Part shown: positions 28,235 to 36,408 of the stretch, piece by piece
Position numbering within the stretch: position 1 is the stretch's first letter
Layout: each line of letters starts with the position of its first letter
Source: Planctomycetales bacterium
Lineage (GTDB): Bacteria > 4484-113
Direction of reading: 5' to 3'
Length of the DNA stretch: 64,000 nucleotides
Assembly (NCBI GenBank): GCA_037441675.1
Contig: JBBIRS010000006.1
Span: forward strand, 1-64,000
Translations under genes and position numbers: made by a program
The notes under the pieces: generated by a model
Told to the model about the DNA's origin: nothing
The model's database searches: none
The model's input: the letters and a program-made list of their open reading frames with translations, nothing else

Positions 28235-29227
28235 TTATTTCGCTCCTGATCGTCTCACGTGGAAAGTCAGATTTAGACCGATTACCACTATCATCCCGCC
28301 AATCGTGATAAATATGAACCATAGATAAAATTGCTCCACATAAAAGAGAATCGCTTTTTGCAGTGGCGTGACTTTTCTATGTGAGAAAGCTGCCTTAAAG
28401 CCTTTTGTAGCACCAGGATGACACCTTCCGCAGGTACGACTAATGTTTATATCGTTTACTAGTGAACGTTTGTCATCCGACGAATAGATTAGATGAGTGT
28501 CATGACAAGAGATGCATACAGGAACCGGCTCATAACCGAGTGCCTCTTTTTTGCCATGGAAACTTTCACTGTAACTAATAACTACATCTGGGCTCAAACC
28601 GTACTTTGCATAAATTTCGCTTTTACCATGGCATTTGGCGCATAGAACAGGTACATTATTGGGATTGGTATGTGACTCGGGATCTTCTTTAGATAAAATG
28701 TAGTGGCTTCCATGACAGTCAACACATAGTGGTGCTTCGGCCACTCGCAATGATAGTGCGGCAACACCATGTACGCTTTCGCGATACTGCTCGAGCTGTT
28801 CAAAGTGGCATCCATCACATAACGAGAGGCGTTTTAGTTCTTCTTCAGTGAAGCCCTTTGTCGATGTTTGCGGTTTTTCTTTATTGGAAACACTACCATG
28901 CACCCCCGTCTTCATTGGTTCGTGACAGGCTAGGCATCCAAGTTTGAAGTGAACAGAGCGGGAAAACGCTTGTCTATCTATGTAATAATATTTGCGAGTA
29001 CCAGGCATAGCCTCAAAGAAGTTATAGTCGCCATGGCAAACTAGACAGCTCTCAGAAACACCGTAGTACATTCTTATGAATTTTTCATCCTCTTCCCTCG
29101 ATGAAGTTGCACCATACGAAGGGCTTGAGGATAAGGGAAGGAATAACAATGGGAATACGAAAGGATTGAAAAACAAGGTAAAGAAACGAAATACACTATT
29201 TGTAACTTTACTGATTGCTTTTTCCAC
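28235..29227 (-). CDS. Heptaheme c-type cytochrome with signal peptide and C-terminal TM (CbcL-c-like)
   Basis: 7 CxxCH motifs (CLVCH, CLACH, CDGCH, CVDCH, CAKCH, CISCH, CGRCH); YxxSxHG repeats. Confidence 0.9.
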   Translation of the reverse strand: MEKAISKVTNSVFRFFTLFFNPFVFPLLFLPLSSSPSYGATSSREEDEKFIRMYYGVSESCLVCHGDYNFFEAMPGTRKYYYIDRQAFSRSVHFKLGCLACHEPMKTGVHGSVSNKEKPQTSTKGFTEEELKRLSLCDGCHFEQLEQYRESVHGVAALSLRVAEAPLCVDCHGSHYILSKEDPESHTNPNNVPVLCAKCHGKSEIYAKYGLSPDVVISYSESFHGKKEALGYEPVPVCISCHDTHLIYSSDDKRSLVNDINISRTCGRCHPGATKGFKAAFSHRKVTPLQKAILFYVEQFYLWFIFITIGGMIVVIGLNLTFHVRRSGAK

Positions 29228-29510
29228 GAAGCCACCTTGCTATCAACCATCCATAAAGCCCACCCAGTATCGTTCCAAAAGCCCAGAAAATAAATATACC
29301 TAAGATAACGCCTAGCATTAATCCTAAGTAAGTTCTTAAAGTCAATGGTAGAAAGAACCAGCGGAATTGCTTAAAGAACAGAAATCCCGGATAACCACCA
29401 AAGTAAAAGCCTAACAAAACACCAAGAAGGGCCCCAATTATCCCACCATAAAAGCCATATTTTCTGGTTACTCTGTGCTTGACATCGTGAAATTGTTCAC
29501 CATCTTTCAT
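29208..29510 (-). CDS. Small Gly-rich 2-TM membrane protein, first gene of the cytochrome operon
   Basis: GxxxG-rich helices; overlaps the start of the cytochrome gene. Confidence 0.6.
   Translation of the reverse strand: MKDGEQFHDVKHRVTRKYGFYGGIIGALLGVLLGFYFGGYPGFLFFKQFRWFFLPLTLRTYLGLMLGVILGIFIFWAFGTILGGLYGWLIARWLRGKSNQ
29485..29502. promoter_or_regulatory. Rex-like operator
   Basis: TCGTGAA-ATTG-TTCACCA, 12/14 match to TTGTGAA-N4-TTCACAA. Confidence 0.5.
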
Positions 29511-29572
29511 AGGTTAATATATAGGAATTAAATAAATATTAACGCTAATATGATTAAATTCTAAGAATAAAA

Positions 29573-29590
29573 TAGTGCATTTACTCACAA
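29573..29590. promoter_or_regulatory. Rex-like operator
   Basis: TAGTGCA-TTTA-CTCACAA, 11/14 match. Confidence 0.45.
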
Positions 29591-29749
29591 ATTTATTTTA
29601 TTATTGCAATAAAAATTTTAGCATAAACTTTAGGATGAAGGTTTGTATCGTCCTGCGAAGATTTTGCTAGTTATGATAACTTCTTCTATCGTCTTAAATG
29701 TGGTAACTTGCTCCACTTGAGGCTTTAAGCTATGCTAGTGAGCTGAAAA

Positions 29750-29767
29750 TTGCTAAAGGGTTTACAA
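29750..29767. promoter_or_regulatory. Rex-like operator
   Basis: TTGCTAA-AGGG-TTTACAA, 11/14 match. Confidence 0.35.
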
Positions 29768-29932
29768 ATATGAAGTTGAGATGGGAGGAAACTTATGAAA
29801 CAGATCGGGTTTTCTGCTCTAGGTAAAGTAGCAACACGTAATCTGTGTTTATCAAGAGGAGATGTTGGGCTAGGTAGAAGGTAGGCAAAGTTTCATCTGG
29901 GTCGCACTACTATAAGCTACTATGGGGAGGAA

Positions 29933-29961
29933 TTGACACTATTTCTAAAGTCTACTAGAAT
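29933..29961 (+). promoter_or_regulatory. Sigma70 promoter of the nuo operon
   Basis: TTGACA-N17-TAGAAT. Confidence 0.7.
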
Positions 29962-30165
29962 TAATTTCAAAGGGCAGGTAGCTTAAAATTGTGTGTACCT
30001 AATTTTCCTTTAATCTTCTTGAAGTAATAACACATTCTATAAAACGTAACGCGAGGAATTGAGGTATTAAATCCAGATGGCAAGTTCAGTAATCGAGCTA
30101 ACTGAGCAAGCCCAAAAAACTTTTATTATCAGCGTAGAAATAAGGGCATCCGAGGAGATGCGGAA

Positions 30166-30570
30166 GTGATATACGAACCATACATGGACTACAACTGGGT
30201 GGCATTGTTCCTAGTTGCAGGGCTTATATTTGTTGTCATCACCCTGGCGCTTTCTTCCCTTGTTAGACCCTATCGCCCCGAGTTCATCAAGCTAACCACA
30301 TATGAGTGCGGTGAGGAGCCAATCGGGCAAGCTTGGCTTAGATTTAACATCCGCTATTACATCATCGCACTACTATTTCTAGTTTTTGATGTGGACGTAG
30401 TGTTCATATTTCCTTGGGCTGTCGCCTACAGGCTTTTAGTCTTCGGCGACCCACAAGTCCCATTCTTCCCCATTGGCATAAGCGCGCTTGGAGAGATGGT
30501 TCTTTTCCTCGGGATATTGCTCATAGGCTGGCTCTACGCTTACAAGCGAGGTGCATTAGAATGGGTTTAA
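30166..30570 (+). CDS. nuoA: Complex I subunit A
   Basis: [39 protein letters not shown]. Confidence 0.95.
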   Translation: MIYEPYMDYNWVALFLVAGLIFVVITLALSSLVRPYRPEFIKLTTYECGEEPIGQAWLRFNIRYYIIALLFLVFDVDVVFIFPWAVAYRLLVFGDPQVPFFPIGISALGEMVLFLGILLIGWLYAYKRGALEWV

Positions 30571-31160
30571 TTGACGGGCATAATCTAGGTTTTGTTGATG
30601 GCATTCCAGGTGTAGCGCTTTCCAAAATTGATTGGCTGATAAACGTTTCCCGCAAAAATTCCTTATGGCCATTAACTATGGGTTTAGCTTGCTGTGCAAT
30701 TGAGATGATTGCTACCACTACAGCAAGGTACGATATAAGCAGATTTGGCGCTGAAGTTTTCAGGCCTAGCCCAAGGCAAGCGGACGTGATGATAGTCGCA
30801 GGCACAGTTACCTACAAAATGGCAGCCAGAGTGAAGCGCATTTACGAACAGATGGCAGAGCCAAAATACGTTATCGTTATGGGAAGCTGTGCCACCAGCG
30901 GTGGAATCCATGCGGATAGCTATTCCGTTCTCAGAGGAATCGACAAGATAATACCGGTGGATGTTTACGTGCCTGGTTGTCCCCCTAGACCTGAGGCTCT
31001 TCTAAACGGTTTAATTACGCTTCAAAAGAGGATTCAGCGTCAGACTCTCTACCGCAGAAGCAAGGACTTCATTTTTGCGAATCGGAGTGGGGAAATTGCT
31101 GAAATTCCCAAAGAAGCCGCTGTAGCAATCTCAGCTAGGGAGGTTGCAGGTGAGTTGTAA
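30561..31160 (+). CDS. nuoB: Complex I subunit B
   Basis: [31 protein letters not shown]; start reassigned to ATG 30561. Confidence 0.96.
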   Translation: MGLIDGHNLGFVDGIPGVALSKIDWLINVSRKNSLWPLTMGLACCAIEMIATTTARYDISRFGAEVFRPSPRQADVMIVAGTVTYKMAARVKRIYEQMAEPKYVIVMGSCATSGGIHADSYSVLRGIDKIIPVDVYVPGCPPRPEALLNGLITLQKRIQRQTLYRRSKDFIFANRSGEIAEIPKEAAVAISAREVAGEL

Positions 31161-31239
31161 GTGGATTTGTCAAGGGGAAAAAGTAATTGGCAATTGCCAC
31201 TTAAAATCTAATCGCAGGAAATTTATGTTGTAACTATAA

Positions 31240-31863
31240 ATGAATAAAGTCAGCCAAAAAACCGACTTCTCGGGAATTTTCGCAGAAAAATTAATCTTTC
31301 CATACAATTATGATTTAGATAAGCAAACTCTCAAGCTTTCATCGGTACACGTTGGTGATTTATTCCCTGTTCTCAAAGATGATGAGAGGCTAGCCTTTGA
31401 TTATTTACGTGATTTGACCGCCAAAGATCAGCCCCCTGGCACTTTTCATGTCGTTTATAACTTTCTTAGCTTCAAATATAGACATACTCTAATGGTTATC
31501 GCGCAAATCCCGCCAGCAACAAGTGGAGAACTCCCCGAGGTTGACAGCGCCACACCCTATTGGAACTCTGCAAATTGGTTAGAGCGAGAAGTGTACGATA
31601 TGTTTGGAATTCGCTTTAGGAATCACCCAGACTTAAGAAGGGTTTTCCTTGATGAAACCACTAACTTCTATCCACTTAGAAAAAGCTTCTATGTGGAGAA
31701 GGTTACCAATGTAGCGGATATAAACGAAATAGAAGAAGCGTTTAGAAAGATGGCGGAGGAACAGAAAAAAGTTGAATCAAAAATGGCAGAAGCGGTAAAA
31801 GTGGAGACTGATTCTAATGCGAATGCTTCCTACCAGGAAACCGAAAGCGATAACAAGTTATGA
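31240..31863 (+). CDS. nuoC: Complex I subunit C
   Basis: ANWLEREVYDMFGIRFRNHPDLRR, YPLRK. Confidence 0.93.
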   Translation: MNKVSQKTDFSGIFAEKLIFPYNYDLDKQTLKLSSVHVGDLFPVLKDDERLAFDYLRDLTAKDQPPGTFHVVYNFLSFKYRHTLMVIAQIPPATSGELPEVDSATPYWNSANWLEREVYDMFGIRFRNHPDLRRVFLDETTNFYPLRKSFYVEKVTNVADINEIEEAFRKMAEEQKKVESKMAEAVKVETDSNANASYQETESDNKL

Positions 31864-33008
31864 GCATTAATAAAACATTACGACCCGATCTTTGGAAGAA
31901 GCGCGAGGATACCCTCTGGACTGAGGAGATGATCCTCAATATGGGGCCACAGCATCCATCTACGCATGGCGTTCTGCGTTTAGAGCTTCACACCGATGGC
32001 GAGATTGTCAAAGAATGTATCCCTCATATGGGGTATCTTCACCGTGGCATAGAAAAAAATAGCGAGCATAAAGAATACCTGCAGATTATTCCTCTTTGGG
32101 ATAGGGCGGACTATCTTTCATCAATGCATATGAGCTATCTCATAACTTATGCCGCGGAAAGCTTGATGAAAGTTGAGATACCTAAAAGGGCGGAATATAT
32201 ACGAGTGATGTGTATGGAGCTTCAGAGGCTCGCTAGTCACTTAATTTGGTTTGGAACGTTCGCCCTTGATTCCGGCGCTATCACCCCGATTTTTTATGCG
32301 TTCAGGGAGCGGGAGTTGGTCTTAGACCTTCTTGAGCTTGCAAGCGGTGCAAGGTTACTTTACAACTACATTCGTCCTGGTGGAGTGCGGATGGATGTTA
32401 ACCGAGAGTTTTTACACCGTCTTGATAAATTCTTGATTCATTTCCAAGATTACCTTGATGAATACGAAGAGCTTTACACAGGCAATGCCATTTTCATAAA
32501 TCGTGCCAAGGACGTTGGTGTTCTAACTAAGGAAGAAGCGATAAGTTGGGGTGCAAGTGGCCCAGTTCTAAGGGGGAGTGGAGTTAAATGGGACATAAGA
32601 AAAGATGAGCCTTATTCCATTTATGAAGAATTTGATTTTGACATCCCAGTTGGGCAGAAGGGTGATGTTCTAGATAGATACAATGTGAGATTTTTCGAAA
32701 TGCGCCAGTCTCACAGAATACTTAGGCAAGCTTTGGATGGTTTCCCGGAGGGGAAATACACAGCGCGTGTTCCAACTTCAATTAAGCCTGAGAAAGGAGA
32801 GGTTTACGTTCGCATAGAAAGCCCAAGGGGTGAGCTTGGTTGTTACCTTGTTAGCGACGGTGGCAAAATTCCATACCGGCTCCACGTGCGTGCTCCTTCT
32901 TTTGTCAATCTATCCGCGCTTGACACAATGCTTAGGGGGCACCTGATAGCGGATGTGGTGTTAATTCTGGGAAGTATTGATATTGTAGTGGGTGATATTG
33001 ACAGATGA
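31860..33008 (+). CDS. nuoD: Complex I subunit D
   Basis: NMGPQHPSTHGVLRL, GYLHRGIEK, DRADY, ESPRGE, GDIDR; no NiFe CxxC motifs. Confidence 0.96.
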   Translation: MSINKTLRPDLWKKREDTLWTEEMILNMGPQHPSTHGVLRLELHTDGEIVKECIPHMGYLHRGIEKNSEHKEYLQIIPLWDRADYLSSMHMSYLITYAAESLMKVEIPKRAEYIRVMCMELQRLASHLIWFGTFALDSGAITPIFYAFRERELVLDLLELASGARLLYNYIRPGGVRMDVNREFLHRLDKFLIHFQDYLDEYEELYTGNAIFINRAKDVGVLTKEEAISWGASGPVLRGSGVKWDIRKDEPYSIYEEFDFDIPVGQKGDVLDRYNVRFFEMRQSHRILRQALDGFPEGKYTARVPTSIKPEKGEVYVRIESPRGELGCYLVSDGGKIPYRLHVRAPSFVNLSALDTMLRGHLIADVVLILGSIDIVVGDIDR

Positions 33009-34345
33009 GCGGGAGTGCCTTTACACCAAGGACTTATACTATCTGGGAAGACTTCCGACTCTGGTTAATGCACGCGGGTTTACCCTACGAACTTGCCGAT
33101 GCTTTGATGTTAATCGTGACTTTTACCGTCATTCTCATCTTTATTTTGGTTCTCGTTCTTGGACTGGTTTTATTGGAACGCAAGTTTCTAGGTTGGCTTC
33201 AAATCAGACCCGGCCCAAATAGAGTTGGACCTTGGGGCCTCCTACAGACCGTTGCTGATGCAATTAAGCTCCTTCTAAAGGAAGACATTATTCCAATGAA
33301 TGCGGATAAGCCTACTTTCGTGCTAGCTCCAATTGTAATGTTCATTCCCGCGCTGTTGTCACTAGTGGTAATTCCTCTTGGTGTTGCCAACATTAATGGC
33401 AGATATTCATACATAGTAGCACAGGATCTGGACATCGGGCTTGCCTACCTCCTTGCAATTTCGTCTGTGGGAGTTATTGGAATAATAATGGGAGGCTGGG
33501 CAAGCAACAACAAGTATTCCCTATACGGCGCAATGCGCTCAGTTGCCCAACTTATCAGCTACGAAGTTCCAATGGTTCTAGCTCTAGTATCTGTGGCTCT
33601 TTACGCTGGAAGTTTAAGGCTTATTGACATAATTCATGCCCAGCAAAGTATCTTCGCTCTAATTCCGCTATTCCCAGCTTTTATAATTTTCCTTATAGCT
33701 GGGGTGGCGGAAACGAACCGTGCTCCCTTTGACTTACCAGAAGCGGAAAGTGAACTTGTCGGTGGTTTTCACACCGAATATTCAGGAATGAAGTTTGCCC
33801 TCTTCTTCCTGGCTGAGTATATCAACATGTTTACCGTCAGCGCTCTAATCACAGTCTGCTTTCTTGGAGGTTGGAAAGGTCCCGCATTTCTAGGGCAAAA
33901 CCTTCTATGGCTGTCATCGCTCTTCTGGTTCTTCTTAAAAGTCTTCTTCTTCCTACTCGCGTTCATTTGGTTTAGAGGGACTTTCCCGAGAATCAGGGTT
34001 GACCAAATGATGCACTTCGCCTGGAAATTCCTCATCCCAGTAGCGATTTTCCAACTTCTGATCGTTGCATGGGGAGTGGCTTACAGGAATCCAATTATGA
34101 GTGGTGGTTACATCCCTAAGATTAGCGTTAAGGACATTTGGGATCCAAAGGATTACACCGGTTTCACTGAGTTTACGCGCACTTCTCTTCCTTCAGCCTT
34201 AAGAATGTTAAACGATTCTGAGATGGTTACGTTTCTTATTTCGGTGATTGGATTTATCTTGTTGATTTTGTTTATTGGAGGACTCTTTTACAGAACATTA
34301 AAGGGATTTGCTCCTAGCAAAACTATTTTTCAGGAGAAGCCATAG
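33005..34345 (+). CDS. nuoH: Complex I subunit H with C-terminal extension
   Basis: ERK...Q.RPGPNRVGPWG, AETNRAPFDLPEAESELV.GF.TEYSG, PRIRVDQ. Confidence 0.95.
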   Translation: MSGSAFTPRTYTIWEDFRLWLMHAGLPYELADALMLIVTFTVILIFILVLVLGLVLLERKFLGWLQIRPGPNRVGPWGLLQTVADAIKLLLKEDIIPMNADKPTFVLAPIVMFIPALLSLVVIPLGVANINGRYSYIVAQDLDIGLAYLLAISSVGVIGIIMGGWASNNKYSLYGAMRSVAQLISYEVPMVLALVSVALYAGSLRLIDIIHAQQSIFALIPLFPAFIIFLIAGVAETNRAPFDLPEAESELVGGFHTEYSGMKFALFFLAEYINMFTVSALITVCFLGGWKGPAFLGQNLLWLSSLFWFFLKVFFFLLAFIWFRGTFPRIRVDQMMHFAWKFLIPVAIFQLLIVAWGVAYRNPIMSGGYIPKISVKDIWDPKDYTGFTEFTRTSLPSALRMLNDSEMVTFLISVIGFILLILFIGGLFYRTLKGFAPSKTIFQEKP

Positions 34346-34413
34346 TAAATATGATAAGAAAGAACAACAACGACCAAAATATATTGAGTGATGATGCTCT
34401 TGGAAAGGAGCAG

Positions 34414-35427
34414 ATGATCCACTTGTACTTTACTGAGCAGGTTCCCGTATGGTTTAAGCTCTTCTCTTTTCTTGCTTTTGCATGGTTTTTTCTTGTTTAC
34501 GTTCAAGCAAGGTACTTTGGTCTTTTTGAAGGCGTTCTGGAGCTTCCCACATCCGCTAAAGCTATTTTTTCCTTTTACACATTGATGCCTCTGCTTCTTG
34601 TTTCCTATGTTGTAGTGGTCTTTTACTGGTGGTTAGCCCATGTTATGCAAAATTTTTCAGAATGGGGTAGGGATAAACTTTGGGCACGAGTCTTTTGGTT
34701 CATAACCCTTTCTGTTATCACATTTATTCTAATTGATCCTTTTGATAAAATTCTCAAGCTTCTTGCCAGAGTAGAGTTAAAGTACATCCCGGGCATTGGT
34801 GAGATTAACCCGTTAAACTGGGTCTTTTTCGCCGTTCTCACCTACTTAACTATCCTTCTAACTTGGCATTATCTAAAGATAGCCTGGGACATATCAGTGA
34901 AAAAACTGAAGGAATGGTGGGAGAACGCAGTTAGCATACCTTTGGGATTAAAGATTACGCTAATTCACCTTTTTCGTCCGAATTTCACCTTCTACTATCC
35001 TGAGCAAAAGAGAGAGATTCCCGACTACTTCCGGGGAAGACACATTCTAGATTTTGATGAGACGGGAGAACATCTATGCATCTCCTGCAAGGCGTGTGAG
35101 AGAATTTGCCCTGATAGACTCATTTTGATTAGCTACGTAAAGAATCCTGAGACAAAGAAGTTGGAGTTAACAGGTTTCCTCCTGGATAATGCAAGATGCA
35201 GTTTTTGTGGACTATGTGAAGATGTGTGTCCAACTGGTGCAGTTAGACACACGGATGAATTCGCATATTCAGTTGAAGACAGGGGAGATCTTATCTTAGA
35301 CCTATTGGCGGAGTACCGTGAAAGAAGCCTTCCGCTTAGAATGAAACGGGCAAAGGAAAAGGAGCAGGAAAAAGTGGCTCAAATTGCCGGACATCCGACA
35401 ATAGCAAATATAGATGCTTCATCTTAA
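34414..35427 (+). CDS. nuoI: Complex I subunit I fused to an N-terminal ~4-TM domain
   Basis: YP...FRGRH, CISCKACERICP, CSFCGLCEDVCP; AAGGAG RBS before ATG 34414. Confidence 0.9.
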   Translation: MIHLYFTEQVPVWFKLFSFLAFAWFFLVYVQARYFGLFEGVLELPTSAKAIFSFYTLMPLLLVSYVVVVFYWWLAHVMQNFSEWGRDKLWARVFWFITLSVITFILIDPFDKILKLLARVELKYIPGIGEINPLNWVFFAVLTYLTILLTWHYLKIAWDISVKKLKEWWENAVSIPLGLKITLIHLFRPNFTFYYPEQKREIPDYFRGRHILDFDETGEHLCISCKACERICPDRLILISYVKNPETKKLELTGFLLDNARCSFCGLCEDVCPTGAVRHTDEFAYSVEDRGDLILDLLAEYRERSLPLRMKRAKEKEQEKVAQIAGHPTIANIDASS

Positions 35428-35445
35428 AATATTCCCGTTTCGGTT

Positions 35446-35952
35446 ATGAGTGCTCAAACTTTACTAATTATTTATTGGTGGATATTCACATTAGCTATTG
35501 TCTTTGGGTCAATAGGAACAGTTAGTTTCAGAAGCCTATACCATTCCGCCCTTTCTCTAATCACTGCACTCGCGGGAGTAGCAGGATACTTCCTCTTACT
35601 AAACGCTGAGTTTCTAGCCGCTGCGCAAGTAATAATTTACATCGGAGCAGTTATGGTTCTAGTGATATCCGCAGTACTTGTAGCTCAAAACTTAATGGGG
35701 CAAGAAATTACTCAGACGAATCGGCTCGTACTCCCTGCACTAATTGGCGCTGGAACTTTGTTTTTGCTGATGGTTGGAGCTGTCGTACTTACCGGGTTCG
35801 TTTTTGAGCCTCAATCCTACGCCCTAAAGAGTAACGTAAAGCAGATTGGATGGAGTTTAATGTCCACTTATGTTTTACCATTTGAGATTGCAAGCGTACT
35901 TCTATTTATGGCTTTAATGGGTGCTATTGTTCTTGCGCGAAAGGATGATTAG
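35446..35952 (+). CDS. nuoJ: Complex I subunit J
   Basis: LNAEFLAAAQVIIYIGAVMVL, YVLPFEIASVLL. Confidence 0.94.
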   Translation: MSAQTLLIIYWWIFTLAIVFGSIGTVSFRSLYHSALSLITALAGVAGYFLLLNAEFLAAAQVIIYIGAVMVLVISAVLVAQNLMGQEITQTNRLVLPALIGAGTLFLLMVGAVVLTGFVFEPQSYALKSNVKQIGWSLMSTYVLPFEIASVLLFMALMGAIVLARKDD

Positions 35953-35955
35953 ACT

Positions 35956-36408
35956 ATGGTTCTATACCTTCTAATTCTTTTACAGGAAACAGGAAAAGAA
36001 GCATATACAATTCTTGAGGCGGTTAAACTACTTCCCGATTTTCTACACTCCTTCTTCATAGAGTTTGGCCCAAGGCAGTTCTTTACAGTTTCAGCCTTTA
36101 TGTTCTGCGTTGGCTTTTACGGTGTTATCGTAAGAAAGAATGCCATCGCTGTGCTAATGTCCACAGAATTGATGCTCAACAGCGTGAATGTTCTTTTTGT
36201 TGCGTTTAACCGCTGGTGGGGAATGAAACTTACCCGTGCTGCTTTTACAAGTATTGAGAATGTTTATTCTCCCGTTGGGCAAATATTTGCTATATTCGTA
36301 ATTATAGTTGCCGCGGCGGAAGCTGCGGTGGGTCTAGCTATAATTCTTGCTCTGTATCGCGTTCGCAAATCCGCAAACGTTGAAGATGTCAACCTAATGA
36401 GATGGTAA
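35956..36408 (+). CDS. nuoK: Complex I subunit K (extended; start uncertain)
   Basis: RKNAI.VLMS.ELMLNSVN, GQIFAIF...VAAAEAAVGLAI. Confidence 0.93.
   Translation: MVLYLLILLQETGKEAYTILEAVKLLPDFLHSFFIEFGPRQFFTVSAFMFCVGFYGVIVRKNAIAVLMSTELMLNSVNVLFVAFNRWWGMKLTRAAFTSIENVYSPVGQIFAIFVIIVAAAEAAVGLAIILALYRVRKSANVEDVNLMRW

Noticed and set aside
30414..30560. N-terminal extension of NuoB in the ORF track
   Set aside because: It overlaps nuoA in another frame. ATG 30561 gives a normal NuoB.
30561..33008. Group 4 [NiFe] hydrogenase
   Set aside because: The large subunit lacks both CxxC nickel motifs, and NuoB has the tandem CC typical of complex I.
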